Of a stretch of 64,000 nucleotides of DNA, positions 1 through 10,380 are shown piece by piece. A program made the translations under genes and the position numbers. Source of the stretch: an uncultured Gammaproteobacteria bacterium. Its GTDB lineage: Bacteria > Patescibacteriota > Microgenomatia > UBA8517. Position 1 is the stretch's first letter; each line of letters opens with the position of its first letter. Location: positions 28,651-92,650 of the forward strand of contig CAZRJH010000001.1 of NCBI GenBank assembly GCA_964600575.1, given 5' to 3'. The notes below the pieces were generated by a model, which saw only the letters and a program-made list of their open reading frames with translations, ran no database searches and had not been told where the DNA came from.

Positions 1-1
1 T

Positions 2-736
2 TGCGGGGTTCCGGTTCTACTTCACGAGCAGACCAATTCGGCCGGAAGAGCATCTTTAGCTAGTGCACCCCTGGCGAAAACTGTCTGTATCTCTAGAGAA
101 GAAAGTTTAAAGTATTTTCCCAAAAGCAAAGTAATTCTGACCGGCAATCCCGTTAACAGGGAAATGTTTGACTTAAAAACAAATGAAAGTATAGAAAAAA
201 CAATTTTTGTAACCGGGGGCTCCAGGGGTTCTCAGAATATTAATTTAGTACTCGAAGAAATATTACCAAACATATTAAAAAAATATACTTTATTTCATCA
301 GACGGGAGACCTGGATTTTGAAAAATTTACAAATCTCAGAGCAGCACTGCCGACCGATTTAAGGAACAAATATTTTGTTAGCTCCGTCCTTTCCCCAAAA
401 GAAATGGTCGATGTATACAAAAGGTCTAATTTAGTGGTTGCTCGTGCCGGAGCCAATACCGTATCGGAGATTGTTGCCGCAAAAAAACCTTGTATTCTTA
501 TACCCCTACCAATAAGTTTTATGGACGAACAGACATTAAATGCTAAATGGGTCGAAAATTTTGGTTTGGCAAAAATAATAAACCAAAAAGACCTCAATTC
601 CGTCTTGTTGCTTCGGGAAATCGAAAGTCAGCTCAAAATGATTCCTGATATAAATAAAAAAGTTTCTAAAAAAACTTCACCTGACTTTGGCGCTTCTCGG
701 AGAATAATCAAGGTAATAGAAGATTCCATTAGGTGA
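2..736 (+). CDS. murG: MurG glycosyltransferase (5'-truncated by window edge)
   Basis: Frame is open from position 2 (LLHEQT..AGRA, LTGNP); GGSRGS, HQTG, ARAGANT and EQTLNA motifs; lies upstream of ftsQ-ftsA-ftsZ. Confidence 0.92.
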   Translation, partial: CGVPVLLHEQTNSAGRASLASAPLAKTVCISREESLKYFPKSKVILTGNPVNREMFDLKTNESIEKTIFVTGGSRGSQNINLVLEEILPNILKKYTLFHQTGDLDFEKFTNLRAALPTDLRNKYFVSSVLSPKEMVDVYKRSNLVVARAGANTVSEIVAAKKPCILIPLPISFMDEQTLNAKWVENFGLAKIINQKDLNSVLLLREIESQLKMIPDINKKVSKKTSPDFGASRRIIKVIEDSIR

Positions 737-1401
737 AAAAATATATATATCTCGGTGTTCTATTTATTGGTGCTTTATTTATTTTTTCTTACCCATTTTT
801 TATAAAAATAAAGACTTCCTGTAAAACACAGTACGGTGATTGTCCCAAGGAAATTAAAGAAATTACACAAAAAAGCGACGGCATGAGTTTGGTTTCGGCA
901 AGGAGTCTTCTGAAAAAGGAAATCAAAAAAAATGTTTTAGTATCAGATGTTTCTTTACAATTTAAATTACCAAATGAACTGGTGGTAGACGTTATTATTA
1001 AAAAACCGGACTTTAATTTACATTCCTATTCTTCAAACCGATATGTGTTGGTGGATAGAGAGGGTGTTGTAATTTTGGAAGGAACAAACTCTGCGCTGCC
1101 CCTTATCGAGTTGGATCCGGATCTTCCTAAGGTTGGCCAAAATGTAAATCAGAATATCCTGTTTAGCTCTAAAATAATGTTAGGGGTTAATAGTATGTAT
1201 CAGGTTAAAACAGGTAGGCTTGTTGATTCGGGTTTGGTTGTTGAACTCCCAAACACAATTAGAGTAATATTTCCTTTGCAGGGTGATGCCGATATACTTC
1301 TCGGTTCTTTGCGTTTAATTTATACAAAGATCGAATCGGGTGGAGTAAACGGAGGGTATACCGAAATTGACTTGCGTTTTAAAAATCCGGTATTAAGATA
1401 G
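733..1401 (+). CDS. ftsQ: Cell division protein FtsQ/DivIB-like
   Basis: N-terminal TM, POTRA-like 'KLPNELVV', 'LVDREG', C-terminal 'IDLRF'; position between murG and ftsA. Confidence 0.75.
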   Translation: MKKYIYLGVLFIGALFIFSYPFFIKIKTSCKTQYGDCPKEIKEITQKSDGMSLVSARSLLKKEIKKNVLVSDVSLQFKLPNELVVDVIIKKPDFNLHSYSSNRYVLVDREGVVILEGTNSALPLIELDPDLPKVGQNVNQNILFSSKIMLGVNSMYQVKTGRLVDSGLVVELPNTIRVIFPLQGDADILLGSLRLIYTKIESGGVNGGYTEIDLRFKNPVLR

Positions 1402-1425
1402 TATTAGAACAAACAAGTATTAAAT

Positions 1426-2703
1426 ATGTCAAAGAACAGAATTGTTGCAGCAATAGAAATTGGATCCTCAAAGGTTGCTACATTGGTAAGTAAAATCGAC
1501 GAAGACCCCGTTAGCTTGGAATCTGTAGTTAACATTGTAGGAGCCTCCTCTACTCCATCTAAAGGAATCAAAAAGGGCCAAATTGTAGACATTGAAGAAG
1601 CTGTTGAGGCAACCGTTACCTCGGTTGAATCCGCGGAGAGAATGGCGGGATACAATCTTGATTCGGCTTATGTTGCGATAGGGGGCGGTCAAATTCATTC
1701 TCAAAATTCCCACGGGGTTGTTGCTATATCGGACCCCAACGGGGAGATTAATCAAAGCGATGTCGATCGTGCAATAGAGGCAGCTTCGGCTGTAACTCTT
1801 CCCGCTTCGCGCGAGGTAATTCATGTTTTACCTAGGGAATATATTGTAGATGGGGAATCCGGAGTCCGTGACCCGATTGGTATGAGCGGTGTAAGGTTGG
1901 AGGTTGATACTCATATTATTTCTGCGAGCAGTGCAACTATTAAGAATATTAGAAAAGCGGTCGCAGAAGTGGGGATACAAATAGAAAGTCTTGTTTTTAC
2001 CGGATTGGCATCAGCTGAGGCTGTAGTATCGCCCACAGAGAAGGAATTGGGATGTGTTCTTATCGATATTGGCGGCGGCACAACATCTATTGTTGCTTAT
2101 GTAGACGGATCTATAAGCTATTCCGGTGTGATTCCAATTGGGGCGAACCATGTAACTAACGATTTAGCTATAGGGCTTCGTTGTGACCTGGGAGATGCGG
2201 ATAAAATAAAGCTGGCCCTTTCTGCAAAACGAAAAAAGGCTGCGGGGACTACAGGTTTAGAAGAGGATGAGTTGGACCTTGCTACCTTGGGGGTTACAGA
2301 AATAAGAAAAATCAGCAGAAAGACATTACTGGAAGGTATCATTAGGCCTAGATTGAATGAAATTTTTACCATGGTAAAAATAGAACTAGAGAAGCAGAGT
2401 CTGGCGACAAGAATTCCAGCGGGTGCAATTATCACCGGAGGCGGCGCAGAAACTGCAGGTGTAATTGATTCCGCAAAGCGAATGTTGGGCCTTCAGGTTA
2501 GAGTTGGTATTCCTTCGGGTGTTACAGGATTAATAGACGAGATAATAACCCCGGCATATTCAACCAGTATTGGACTTTTACATTTTGGCAGTAAGCAAGC
2601 CCCCTCTCACAACTTGACATCTTTCAGAAAAAAGATAAAACTACCTCAAGCATCAGGATTTTTTGGAAAAATTGTTGATTCAGTACGCGATCTTCTGCCT
2701 TGA
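1426..2703 (+). CDS. ftsA: Cell division protein FtsA
   Basis: IEIGSSKV, GIKKGQIVD, PIGMSGVRLEV, IDIGGGTT, ITGGGA. Confidence 0.97.
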   Translation: MSKNRIVAAIEIGSSKVATLVSKIDEDPVSLESVVNIVGASSTPSKGIKKGQIVDIEEAVEATVTSVESAERMAGYNLDSAYVAIGGGQIHSQNSHGVVAISDPNGEINQSDVDRAIEAASAVTLPASREVIHVLPREYIVDGESGVRDPIGMSGVRLEVDTHIISASSATIKNIRKAVAEVGIQIESLVFTGLASAEAVVSPTEKELGCVLIDIGGGTTSIVAYVDGSISYSGVIPIGANHVTNDLAIGLRCDLGDADKIKLALSAKRKKAAGTTGLEEDELDLATLGVTEIRKISRKTLLEGIIRPRLNEIFTMVKIELEKQSLATRIPAGAIITGGGAETAGVIDSAKRMLGLQVRVGIPSGVTGLIDEIITPAYSTSIGLLHFGSKQAPSHNLTSFRKKIKLPQASGFFGKIVDSVRDLLP

Positions 2704-2760
2704 GTTTTTCTACTGCTCACTATACAATGCGGCGTAGCTTAGACGTTCCTAAAAAATAAT

Positions 2761-3915
2761 ATGGCACTTGTTAAACCCGACTCTGCTAGGATTGCAAAAA
2801 TAAAAGTCATTGGAGTTGGTGGAGGTGGTGGTAACGCAATCTCTTCAATGATAGATGCGGGTAATATTAACGGAGTTGAGTTTATTGCTATTAATACAGA
2901 TGCTCAGGTGCTTTTGGCAAACAAAGCTCCTACAAAACTTCAGATCGGGGACAAACTTACAAAAGGGCTCGGAGTAGGTGGTCATCCGGAAATCGGAGAA
3001 CAAGCCGCGCAAGAATCCATAGAAAAAATAAAGGAGCTCCTCATTGACTCGGATATGGTTTTTGTAACAGCGGGTATGGGTGGCGGAACAGGAACGGGGG
3101 CAGCACCAACAATCGCAAAGCTCGCAAAGGAAAGCGGCGCTTTAACTGTGGGTGTTGTTACTAAACCGTTCTCTTTCGAAGGAACAAGAAGACTTGTTGC
3201 TGCGGAAGACGGAATAGAAAAACTAAAAGAAGCAACGGACACCTTAATTGTTATACCCAACCAAAGGTTGATGGATGTTATCGATAAAAAGATGCCGCTT
3301 GTTGAGGCCTTTAAAGTTGTCGACGGAGTTTTGGGCCAGGCGGTTGGTGGAATTGCAGACATAATCACAACGGCAGGACTTGTTAATGTGGACTTTGCGG
3401 ACGTCAAAACAATTATGAAAGACGCGGGAAGTGCGCTTTTGGGAATTGGTGTCGGAGTTGGAGAAAACAGGGCCCAAATGGCTGCAAGGGCTGCAGTAAG
3501 TTCTCCACTTTTAGATCTTTCGATAGAAGGAGCCAGGGGTGTTCTCTTTAACATAGCCGGAGGTGATGATTTAACAATGTTCGAAGTAGACGAAGCGGCG
3601 AAGATTATAAGTGGGGCGGCGGATCCCGATGCCAATGTTATTTTTGGAGCCGTAATAAAAGACGACTTGGCGGATCAGATCAAGATTACGGTTATAGCTA
3701 CGGGTTTTGATGAAACTCGTTCAAAATTGGCTCAGATGAGCCAACCTGTTACACAACCGCTACAGGGAGTGATGGGCGAGGCACCAAGGTCAAACCAGTC
3801 TCAGGCGGAGTCGGGTGAGGACGACAACCCTCCGGAGGACGATGGTGGAGATAATGACCTATTTGGTAGTAAATTTGAAATTCCGGCTTTTTTGAGGAAA
3901 GGTAGGCAAAATTAA
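2761..3915 (+). CDS. ftsZ: Cell division protein FtsZ
   Basis: [18 protein letters not shown] tubulin signature, NVDFADV, C-terminal EIPAFLR. Confidence 0.99.
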   Translation: MALVKPDSARIAKIKVIGVGGGGGNAISSMIDAGNINGVEFIAINTDAQVLLANKAPTKLQIGDKLTKGLGVGGHPEIGEQAAQESIEKIKELLIDSDMVFVTAGMGGGTGTGAAPTIAKLAKESGALTVGVVTKPFSFEGTRRLVAAEDGIEKLKEATDTLIVIPNQRLMDVIDKKMPLVEAFKVVDGVLGQAVGGIADIITTAGLVNVDFADVKTIMKDAGSALLGIGVGVGENRAQMAARAAVSSPLLDLSIEGARGVLFNIAGGDDLTMFEVDEAAKIISGAADPDANVIFGAVIKDDLADQIKITVIATGFDETRSKLAQMSQPVTQPLQGVMGEAPRSNQSQAESGEDDNPPEDDGGDNDLFGSKFEIPAFLRKGRQN

Positions 3916-3955
3916 GCTTCCAAGTGCTATTACGATGTAGTAGAATAGGCTTCAT

Positions 3956-6900
3956 ATGGCCAAAACCAAGGCGTATTTTGATTCCCCCGAGCCTAATGTC
4001 AATTTCCCCGAGCTCGAAAAAGAGCTTCTGTCACACTGGTATAAAAAGGGTGTTGTTAAGAAATATTTAGCAAAAAACAAAGACTCCAAGAAGTATTTTT
4101 CGTTTCAGGACGGACCAATTACCGCCAACAATCCCATGGGGGTGCACCATGGCTGGGGAAGAACATATAAAGACCTTTGGCAAAAGTACAAGAATATGCA
4201 GGGTTTTAGGCAACGTTTTCAGAACGGTTTCGACGCTCAAGGTTTATGGGTTGAGGTAGAGGTAGAAAAAGAACTTGGTTTTAGGAGCAAAAAAGACATA
4301 GAAGATTTTGGTGTAGCAAAATTTGTCCAACTCTGTCGAGACAGAGTCAAGAAATATTCAGAAATACAAACCGAACAAAGCAAAAGACTGGGATACTTCA
4401 TGGATTGGGAGCATTCCTATTACACACTAAGCGAGGACAATAACTACATGATTTGGCATTTTCTCAAAAAGTGTTTCGACAACGGCTGGATTTACAAAGG
4501 CAACGACTCTGTTCCTTGGTGTCCCAGATGCCAAACGGCAATATCACAACACGAGATGTTAACCGAAGATTATAAAGAGCTTACCCACGAATCGGTTTAT
4601 TTGGCTTTTCCAATAGTTGGTCAAAAAGATGAGTTCTTTATGGTTTGGACCACGACCCCCTGGACTATTCCCGCCAATATTGCAATTGCAATTGATGAAA
4701 AGCTAGAGTATTCCCAAGTAGAAATCCAGGGCAAGAAATACTGGATCGCTAAAGAATCTGTCCCAAGGGTTGTGGGTGGCGCTAAACATAAAATTCTTAA
4801 AACAGTCCCGGGCGCAAAACTTGCCGGGCTTAGGTATAAAGGTGCATTTGACGATATACCAAATGTACAAACGGTTTCCTCAAAATCAGAAGACAGATTC
4901 CACATTGTTGTTTTAACAGACTCTTTGATTTTGCCAATAACAACATCCGAAGGAACAGGTCTTGTTCACACTGCCGTTTCGGCGGGGTCGGAAGACTTTA
5001 AGCTGGGTAAAAAATTGGGGTTACCCATGATACCTGTTATTAATGATGACGCTTCGTATATAGAAGGAATGGGATTTTTGTCAGGTGGAAACGCCAAAAA
5101 ACACCCCGAACTCATTTTAGATCATTTGAAAAAACTCGACGCGGAAGGAAAACATTTTTATTTTAAAGTAGAAAAAATAACTCACAGATACCCGGCTTGT
5201 TGGAGATGTAAAACCGAATTGGTTTGGAAAGTAACGGATGAATGGTATGTCTCCATGGATACCCCACCCGCGGTTTCAAAATCTAAACAAGACAAACCCG
5301 TTAACTGGGACGAAGACGAAGAAGCACCTAAAGCCGATACCCGCACCCTTAGAGAAAGAATGAAAACGGTTGCCTCAAAGATAAATTGGATCCCTTCTTT
5401 TGGTTTGGACCGGGAGTTAGATTGGCTTTCTAATATGCATGACTGGTTGATAAGTAAGAAAAACAGATACTGGGGTTTGGCCCTTCCGATTTGGGAGTGC
5501 AAAAGTTGCGGACGGTTCGAAGTTGTCGGTTCAAAAGAGGAACTAAAAGATAGGGCTGTTTCGGGTTGGAAAAATTTTGAGCGTTTGACACCCCACAAAC
5601 CACAAATCGACGAAATAAAACTTAAATGTTCATTCTGTGGACAAGAATCAGAAAGAATTGAGCCCGTGGGTAATCCGTGGTTAGATGCAGGTATAGTTCC
5701 GTTTTCAACAATAAGCGAAGACAATCTAGCCTGTAATTTTGCGAAAACAAAAACTAAACCTTTGTATTTGGAGGATAGGAAAAAATGGTTGAACTGGTTT
5801 CCTGAGAGCTTTATAACCGAGAGTTTTCCGGGGCAGTTTAAGAATTGGTTCTATGCAATGATCGCAATGAGCACTGTTCTGGAAGACATTAATCCTTTTA
5901 AAACTGTTTTAGGTTTTGCAACTTGTGTAGGGGAAGACGGCAGGCCAATGCATAAAAGCTGGGGCAATGCCATCGAATTTAATGAGGGAGCAGACAAAAT
6001 TGGAGTAGATGTTATGAGGTGGATGTATGTTCGGCAAAACCCTGCAGAAAATCTGCTTTTCGGTTACAAAATAGCAGATGAAACAAGGAGGCGTTTTCAC
6101 CTAAAACTTTGGAATATTTATAACTTTTTTGTTACTTATGCTAACTTGGACGGCTTTGTGCCTTCAAACTCCAAAAAATCAGACTCGGTTTTAGATAAAT
6201 GGCTAAACGCCAGATTGGACGAAACAGTTTCTGTTGTAACCGAAAGCTTGGATAAATTTGATCCATATACCGCAACCGCCTCCATAGATAAATTCGTTGA
6301 TGATTTTTCTTTGTGGTATGTCAGAAGGTCCAGAGATAGAGTGGGGCCCGCAGCCGAATCAGAAAAAGACAAAAATGCTTTTTACTCCGTTTGTTACGGA
6401 GCACTTGTTACGCTATCTAAACTTTTGGCTCCATTTATGCCGTTTATGAGCGAAGTTGTTTATAAAAATCTTACCAAAGAAGAATCCGTTCATTTAGCAG
6501 ATTGGCCTAAAACCAAATCTGCAAGAACTAATTCGGATGCTTTGATAAAAGAAATGGAGTTTGCCAGGCTTGTGTCCGAAAAGGCTCACGCGTTAAGAAA
6601 AGAAAAATCACTAGCGGTAAAACAACCGCTTTCCAAACTTGAGGTTACCGGATACAAGTTTAGTGATGCTATAGCCGAACTTATAGGTAACGAGGTCAAT
6701 GTTAAGTCTGTGGTATCCAAAGAAGGAAAATCCGGCTTAACTGTTAAGCTTGATACTAAAATAACAAAAGAGCTTAAAGAAGAGGCGGCGGTAAGAGAAT
6801 TGGTAAGGTCAATTCAAGACGAAAGAAAAAAGCTTGGCCTCAATCTTACTCAAAAGATTAATGTTTCTGTTCCAAGCCTGCCGACCGATAAAAAGTTGGT

Positions 6901-6970
6901 GTCTTGGATGCAGAAGAAAGCCCAGATTTCTGAAATCTCAAGCGGTAAGTTTAAGGTAGTTAAGGTATAA
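3956..6970 (+). CDS. ileS: Isoleucine--tRNA ligase, type 2
   Basis: DGPITAN-GVHH, WTTTPWT, GTGLVH, YPACWRC, RYWG, PMHKS; IleRS2-type C-terminus (RELVRSIQDERKKLGL). Confidence 0.95.
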   Translation: MAKTKAYFDSPEPNVNFPELEKELLSHWYKKGVVKKYLAKNKDSKKYFSFQDGPITANNPMGVHHGWGRTYKDLWQKYKNMQGFRQRFQNGFDAQGLWVEVEVEKELGFRSKKDIEDFGVAKFVQLCRDRVKKYSEIQTEQSKRLGYFMDWEHSYYTLSEDNNYMIWHFLKKCFDNGWIYKGNDSVPWCPRCQTAISQHEMLTEDYKELTHESVYLAFPIVGQKDEFFMVWTTTPWTIPANIAIAIDEKLEYSQVEIQGKKYWIAKESVPRVVGGAKHKILKTVPGAKLAGLRYKGAFDDIPNVQTVSSKSEDRFHIVVLTDSLILPITTSEGTGLVHTAVSAGSEDFKLGKKLGLPMIPVINDDASYIEGMGFLSGGNAKKHPELILDHLKKLDAEGKHFYFKVEKITHRYPACWRCKTELVWKVTDEWYVSMDTPPAVSKSKQDKPVNWDEDEEAPKADTRTLRERMKTVASKINWIPSFGLDRELDWLSNMHDWLISKKNRYWGLALPIWECKSCGRFEVVGSKEELKDRAVSGWKNFERLTPHKPQIDEIKLKCSFCGQESERIEPVGNPWLDAGIVPFSTISEDNLACNFAKTKTKPLYLEDRKKWLNWFPESFITESFPGQFKNWFYAMIAMSTVLEDINPFKTVLGFATCVGEDGRPMHKSWGNAIEFNEGADKIGVDVMRWMYVRQNPAENLLFGYKIADETRRRFHLKLWNIYNFFVTYANLDGFVPSNSKKSDSVLDKWLNARLDETVSVVTESLDKFDPYTATASIDKFVDDFSLWYVRRSRDRVGPAAESEKDKNAFYSVCYGALVTLSKLLAPFMPFMSEVVYKNLTKEESVHLADWPKTKSARTNSDALIKEMEFARLVSEKAHALRKEKSLAVKQPLSKLEVTGYKFSDAIAELIGNEVNVKSVVSKEGKSGLTVKLDTKITKELKEEAAVRELVRSIQDERKKLGLNLTQKINVSVPSLPTDKKLVSWMQKKAQISEISSGKFKVVKV

Positions 6971-6974
6971 GTTA

Positions 6975-8003
6975 ATGAAGGATATTTTGTTGGTTGCCCC
7001 AATTGCGTTTCTTTTATCACTAAGTGCATTTGTGTTGCTTTCTATTTCTCCCGGACTGTTTCCATTGCACTTTGTATATCTTTTTTTGGCTATTTTTGCT
7101 TTTTGGTTATTTTCACAAATTGACTTTGAAATACTTTCGATGTTTTCGATACATTTATATGTTATTTCGGTTTTTCTTTTGATAATCACTATTTTTATAG
7201 GTGCGGTTACAAGGGGGACTGTTAGATGGATCCCGCTTGGCCCTGTAAGCCTTCAACCTGCGGAGCTTGCAAGACCTTTTCTTCTTGTTTTTTTTGCTAA
7301 ATTTTTAACGGAGGGTAGATTCAATCTTAAAAAAATTATTTCAACATTTTTACTTTTATCGTTTCCCGTTTTTCTTATCCTTAGGCAGCCATCTTTGGGA
7401 GTATCGATTTTGACGGTCATCGGTTTTTTGGGAGTTTTGATATCAACGGGTTTTAGTAAAAAATATATCCTTTTAGGTTTTGGGGTCTTGGTCCTTATGA
7501 TGCCGCTGTTTTGGAATATCTTAAAACCCTATCAAAAAGATAGGATAATGGCATTTGTTTCACCGTCAAAGGATACCTTGGGTTCCGGTTACAATAGTTT
7601 GCAATCGACCATTGCAGCAGGGTCCGGTAGGCTTTTTGGGTTAGGCTTGGGACACGGGTCCCAAACCCAGCTTTCTTTCCTACCCGAAAAACAAACCGAT
7701 TTTGTGTTTGCAGCTACCGCCGAAGAACTAGGTTTTGTAGGATCAGTTTTAATGCTTTTAACAACTGCAATGATTCTTTGGAGACTTACTGTTTATGCCG
7801 AACGTCCGGAGAACCCTGCTGCAAGGGCCTATTTATCGGGGCTTTTTTTGACTTATCTGGCCCAAGTGTTTGTTCATGTGGGAATGAATATGGGAATGCT
7901 CCCTGTTACGGGAATACCGTTTCCTTTAGTTTCGGCAGGAGGGTCTTCGCTTTTGGCCACAATGATAGGGTTGGGGATTGCCACAAAAGCTGTTAGGAGG
8001 TAA
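6975..8003 (+). CDS. rodA: SEDS family peptidoglycan polymerase (RodA/FtsW)
   Basis: RW..GPVSLQPAE, FLPEKQTDFVF, EELGF, PVTGIPFPLVSAGGSS; multiple TMs. Confidence 0.88.
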   Translation: MKDILLVAPIAFLLSLSAFVLLSISPGLFPLHFVYLFLAIFAFWLFSQIDFEILSMFSIHLYVISVFLLIITIFIGAVTRGTVRWIPLGPVSLQPAELARPFLLVFFAKFLTEGRFNLKKIISTFLLLSFPVFLILRQPSLGVSILTVIGFLGVLISTGFSKKYILLGFGVLVLMMPLFWNILKPYQKDRIMAFVSPSKDTLGSGYNSLQSTIAAGSGRLFGLGLGHGSQTQLSFLPEKQTDFVFAATAEELGFVGSVLMLLTTAMILWRLTVYAERPENPAARAYLSGLFLTYLAQVFVHVGMNMGMLPVTGIPFPLVSAGGSSLLATMIGLGIATKAVRR

Positions 8004-8014
8004 AATACGAGCTT

Positions 8015-8323
8015 ATGAAGTACGCTGTAGTGCGCATAACAGGCAAACAATATAGGGTAGAAGAAGGTAAAGAAGTCTTAGTGGACAAAGTTGTCGACAC
8101 CAAAAAACTCGCTTCGGAAGTTTTGATGATTGTCGATGGCGACAAAGTAGAAGTTGGGACTCCCGTTTTAGAAAAGGCCAAAGTTAGCCTCAAAGTGGTT
8201 CAAGAAATGGAAAAGGGCGTAAAAGTAGAAATTTATAAGTTTAAGGCCAAATCTAGATACCGAAGACACACAGGTTTTAGGGCACAATACACCCGTCTTT
8301 TAGTCGAAAAAATCTCCGCTTAA
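8015..8323 (+). CDS. rplU: 50S ribosomal protein L21
   Basis: YAVVRITGKQYRV, KFKAKSRYRRHTGFR. Confidence 0.97.
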   Translation: MKYAVVRITGKQYRVEEGKEVLVDKVVDTKKLASEVLMIVDGDKVEVGTPVLEKAKVSLKVVQEMEKGVKVEIYKFKAKSRYRRHTGFRAQYTRLLVEKISA

Positions 8324-8359
8324 CCCTCAAAATATATCAGTCTATAACTTAGTGATCTC

Positions 8360-8388
8360 TTGACAACTGTGAAAAGTTGCTTTATATT
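8360..8388 (+). promoter_or_regulatory. sigma70-type promoter for rpmA-parB
   Basis: TTGACA-17nt-TATATT, 11 nt before the rpmA ATG. Confidence 0.6.
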
Positions 8389-8399
8389 GTGGACTTAAT

Positions 8400-8651
8400 A
8401 TGTCTACACACAAAGCGGCAGGAAAAGCTTCACAACATGTAAGCCCGGCAGGAAAAAGGCTTGGAGTTAAACTTTTTGGCGGTGAAAAAGTCACAAAAGG
8501 GCAGATCCTCGTAAGACAAAGAGGCACAACCATTGTAAAAGGTGTTGGTGTAAAAATCGGCAGAGACCACACGGTTTATGCAACCTTGAACGGTATCGTT
8601 AAATTTGGAACAAAGTTAGGCAGAAGGTTTGTGTCGGTAATTTCGGGATAA
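8400..8651 (+). CDS. rpmA: 50S ribosomal protein L27
   Basis: KRLGVK, ILVRQRGT, GRDHTVYA. Confidence 0.97.
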   Translation: MSTHKAAGKASQHVSPAGKRLGVKLFGGEKVTKGQILVRQRGTTIVKGVGVKIGRDHTVYATLNGIVKFGTKLGRRFVSVISG

Positions 8652-8652
8652 T

Positions 8653-9489
8653 ATGGCAGAAGAAGTTATACAGCTAGAAATTAATCAAGTTCAACCCAAC
8701 CCCCTTCAACCTCGTGGTGCAATTACTCCTGAAAGTTTGGTAGATTTGGTAGATTCTATAAGAGAACATGGCATTCTAGAACCTCTCGTGGTTGCCAAGA
8801 CCCCCGCAGGATTCCAACTTATAGCAGGAGAAAGAAGATGGAGAGCCTCAAAACTCGCAGGTTTGACTCATGTCCCTGCAATTATAAGAGAAACTTCACC
8901 CAAGGGAATGCTCGAAATGGCCTTGGTAGAAAATGTACAAAGAGTAGATCTTAACCCACTGGATCGCGCTAAAGGTTTTGAGCGCTTAATGAACGAATTC
9001 GGCTTAACCACAAGCGAAATCGCGGTAAGAATCGGTAAATCTGTTGCGTACGTAAGCAATTCCTTAAGACTTTTGTCACTTCCGGATGCACTTAAAGACG
9101 GACTGCTTTCGGGTTTGATTAGCGAAGGCCACGCAAGAGCGCTTGCCGCAATCGACGATAGCAATTTAATGATCGAGGCTTACAAGATTATTCTTAGAGA
9201 AAGTGGCTCAGTAAGACGCGCAGAAGAACTTGCCAGAAGAATGAAAGTTAAGTCTCAACAGGTTACAAAAGCCCCCACAGAACATATGAGAGTGGTTTCG
9301 GAAGAAATTGACAAAATGCAGGCGGAGTTAGAGCACGCATTTGTTAACGGCAACCCCGACGAGGCCAAAAAATCTACGGTTAAACTTATAAGATCCAGAA
9401 GAGAAACAAGAATTCTTTTTATATTTAAGGGTGGCTTAGACGAAACAGAGGACAAACTTCAGAGGATTTACAAAGCAGTAACAGAATAA
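8653..9489 (+). CDS. parB: ParB/Spo0J chromosome partitioning protein
   Basis: PNPLQPR, LIAGERRWRA, ENVQR, HTH, GHARAL. Confidence 0.95.
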   Translation: MAEEVIQLEINQVQPNPLQPRGAITPESLVDLVDSIREHGILEPLVVAKTPAGFQLIAGERRWRASKLAGLTHVPAIIRETSPKGMLEMALVENVQRVDLNPLDRAKGFERLMNEFGLTTSEIAVRIGKSVAYVSNSLRLLSLPDALKDGLLSGLISEGHARALAAIDDSNLMIEAYKIILRESGSVRRAEELARRMKVKSQQVTKAPTEHMRVVSEEIDKMQAELEHAFVNGNPDEAKKSTVKLIRSRRETRILFIFKGGLDETEDKLQRIYKAVTE

Positions 9490-9547
9490 TTAAGACTCGT
9501 CCCCCTTTTTGCATCGTTTGAGAAATTTATGTGTGATTTTCTGTGAC

Positions 9548-10105
9548 TTAAAGGGAATAGTTTGGAAGTTTTACAAAAGAAGCATTTTTTACAGGCCAAT
9601 AAACCAACCAGGCTTTACCACTCATACTCTTTTTGGTTATAGCACCAAAAGCACGAGAATCGGATGAGTGAGGTCTGTTATCTCCCATTACAAAATATTT
9701 ATCATCGGGTACTAGGTACTCGGTGCCTTCCGGGAGGAAAAACCCGTCGTTGGTATACAAATCGCTGGCAAGGTATGGCTCTTCTAAAATTTTATCGTCG
9801 ATATACACTCGGCCATCTTTAACCATAACCCGCTCTCCTGGCATGCCTATTACTCTTTTGATATATTCGTCTGTTTCCGAGGTGGGTGGAGTAAATACAA
9901 TTACATCGCCTCTTATTGGATCTCTTCTGTAATATGTTACCTTTTCTGTTAAAAGGTATTCTGCGTCGGGAAAATTTGGTTGCATGGACTGCCCCTTAAT
10001 CTTGTGAGGTCGCATGATTAGAAGGTATACAAAGAAAAATATACCCACTGCAAAAACGACTACCTCCAAAATATCCAAGAAAAAAGCGCCAAGTTTACCA
10101 AACAT
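9548..10105 (-). CDS. lepB: Signal peptidase I
   Basis: SMQP catalytic Ser, YIKRVIGMPG, GDNR..SSDSR. Confidence 0.96.
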   Translation of the reverse strand: MFGKLGAFFLDILEVVVFAVGIFFFVYLLIMRPHKIKGQSMQPNFPDAEYLLTEKVTYYRRDPIRGDVIVFTPPTSETDEYIKRVIGMPGERVMVKDGRVYIDDKILEEPYLASDLYTNDGFFLPEGTEYLVPDDKYFVMGDNRPHSSDSRAFGAITKKSMSGKAWLVYWPVKNASFVKLPNYSL

Positions 10106-10176
10106 AATTCATTATGTTTATTTTTTATTTAAATTACAAGTGCTTGGCACCACCCTTCGTGTTAAAATACGCATAA

Positions 10177-10258
10177 GGACGACTAGCTCGGTGGTAAGCT
10201 GAGCTTGCCACTGAATTGTGGTAAGCTGCTTCGCATCTTGCCACCTAGTTTTTTGTCC
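10177..10258 (+). repeat. Partial 5' duplicate of tRNA-Val within a nested inverted-repeat element
   Basis: GGACGACTAGCTCGGTGGTA matches the tRNA 5' end at 10265 with 1 mismatch; nested stems GGTGGTAAG/CTTGCCACC and GCTTGCCAC/GTGGTAAGC. Confidence 0.75.
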
Positions 10259-10264
10259 AATCCA

Positions 10265-10336
10265 GGACGACTAGCTCAGTGGTAGAGCGTTCGATTCACA
10301 TTCGAAAGGTCGTTGGTCCGATCCCAACGTCGTCCA
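10265..10336 (+). tRNA. tRNA-Val(CAC)
   Basis: Cloverleaf: acceptor GGACGAC/GTCGTCC, anticodon arm TTCGA-TTCACAT-TCGAA, T-arm GTTGG-TCCGATC-CCAAC. Confidence 0.93.
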
Positions 10337-10380
10337 CATTTATTGTCAACAATAAAATCTGAGGTTATACTGAATTTGTC

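Noticed and set aside
2982-3635. Long antisense ORFs (also 5182-5724, 18516-19076, 60570-61376)
   Set aside because: Shadow frames of well-supported genes on the opposite strand
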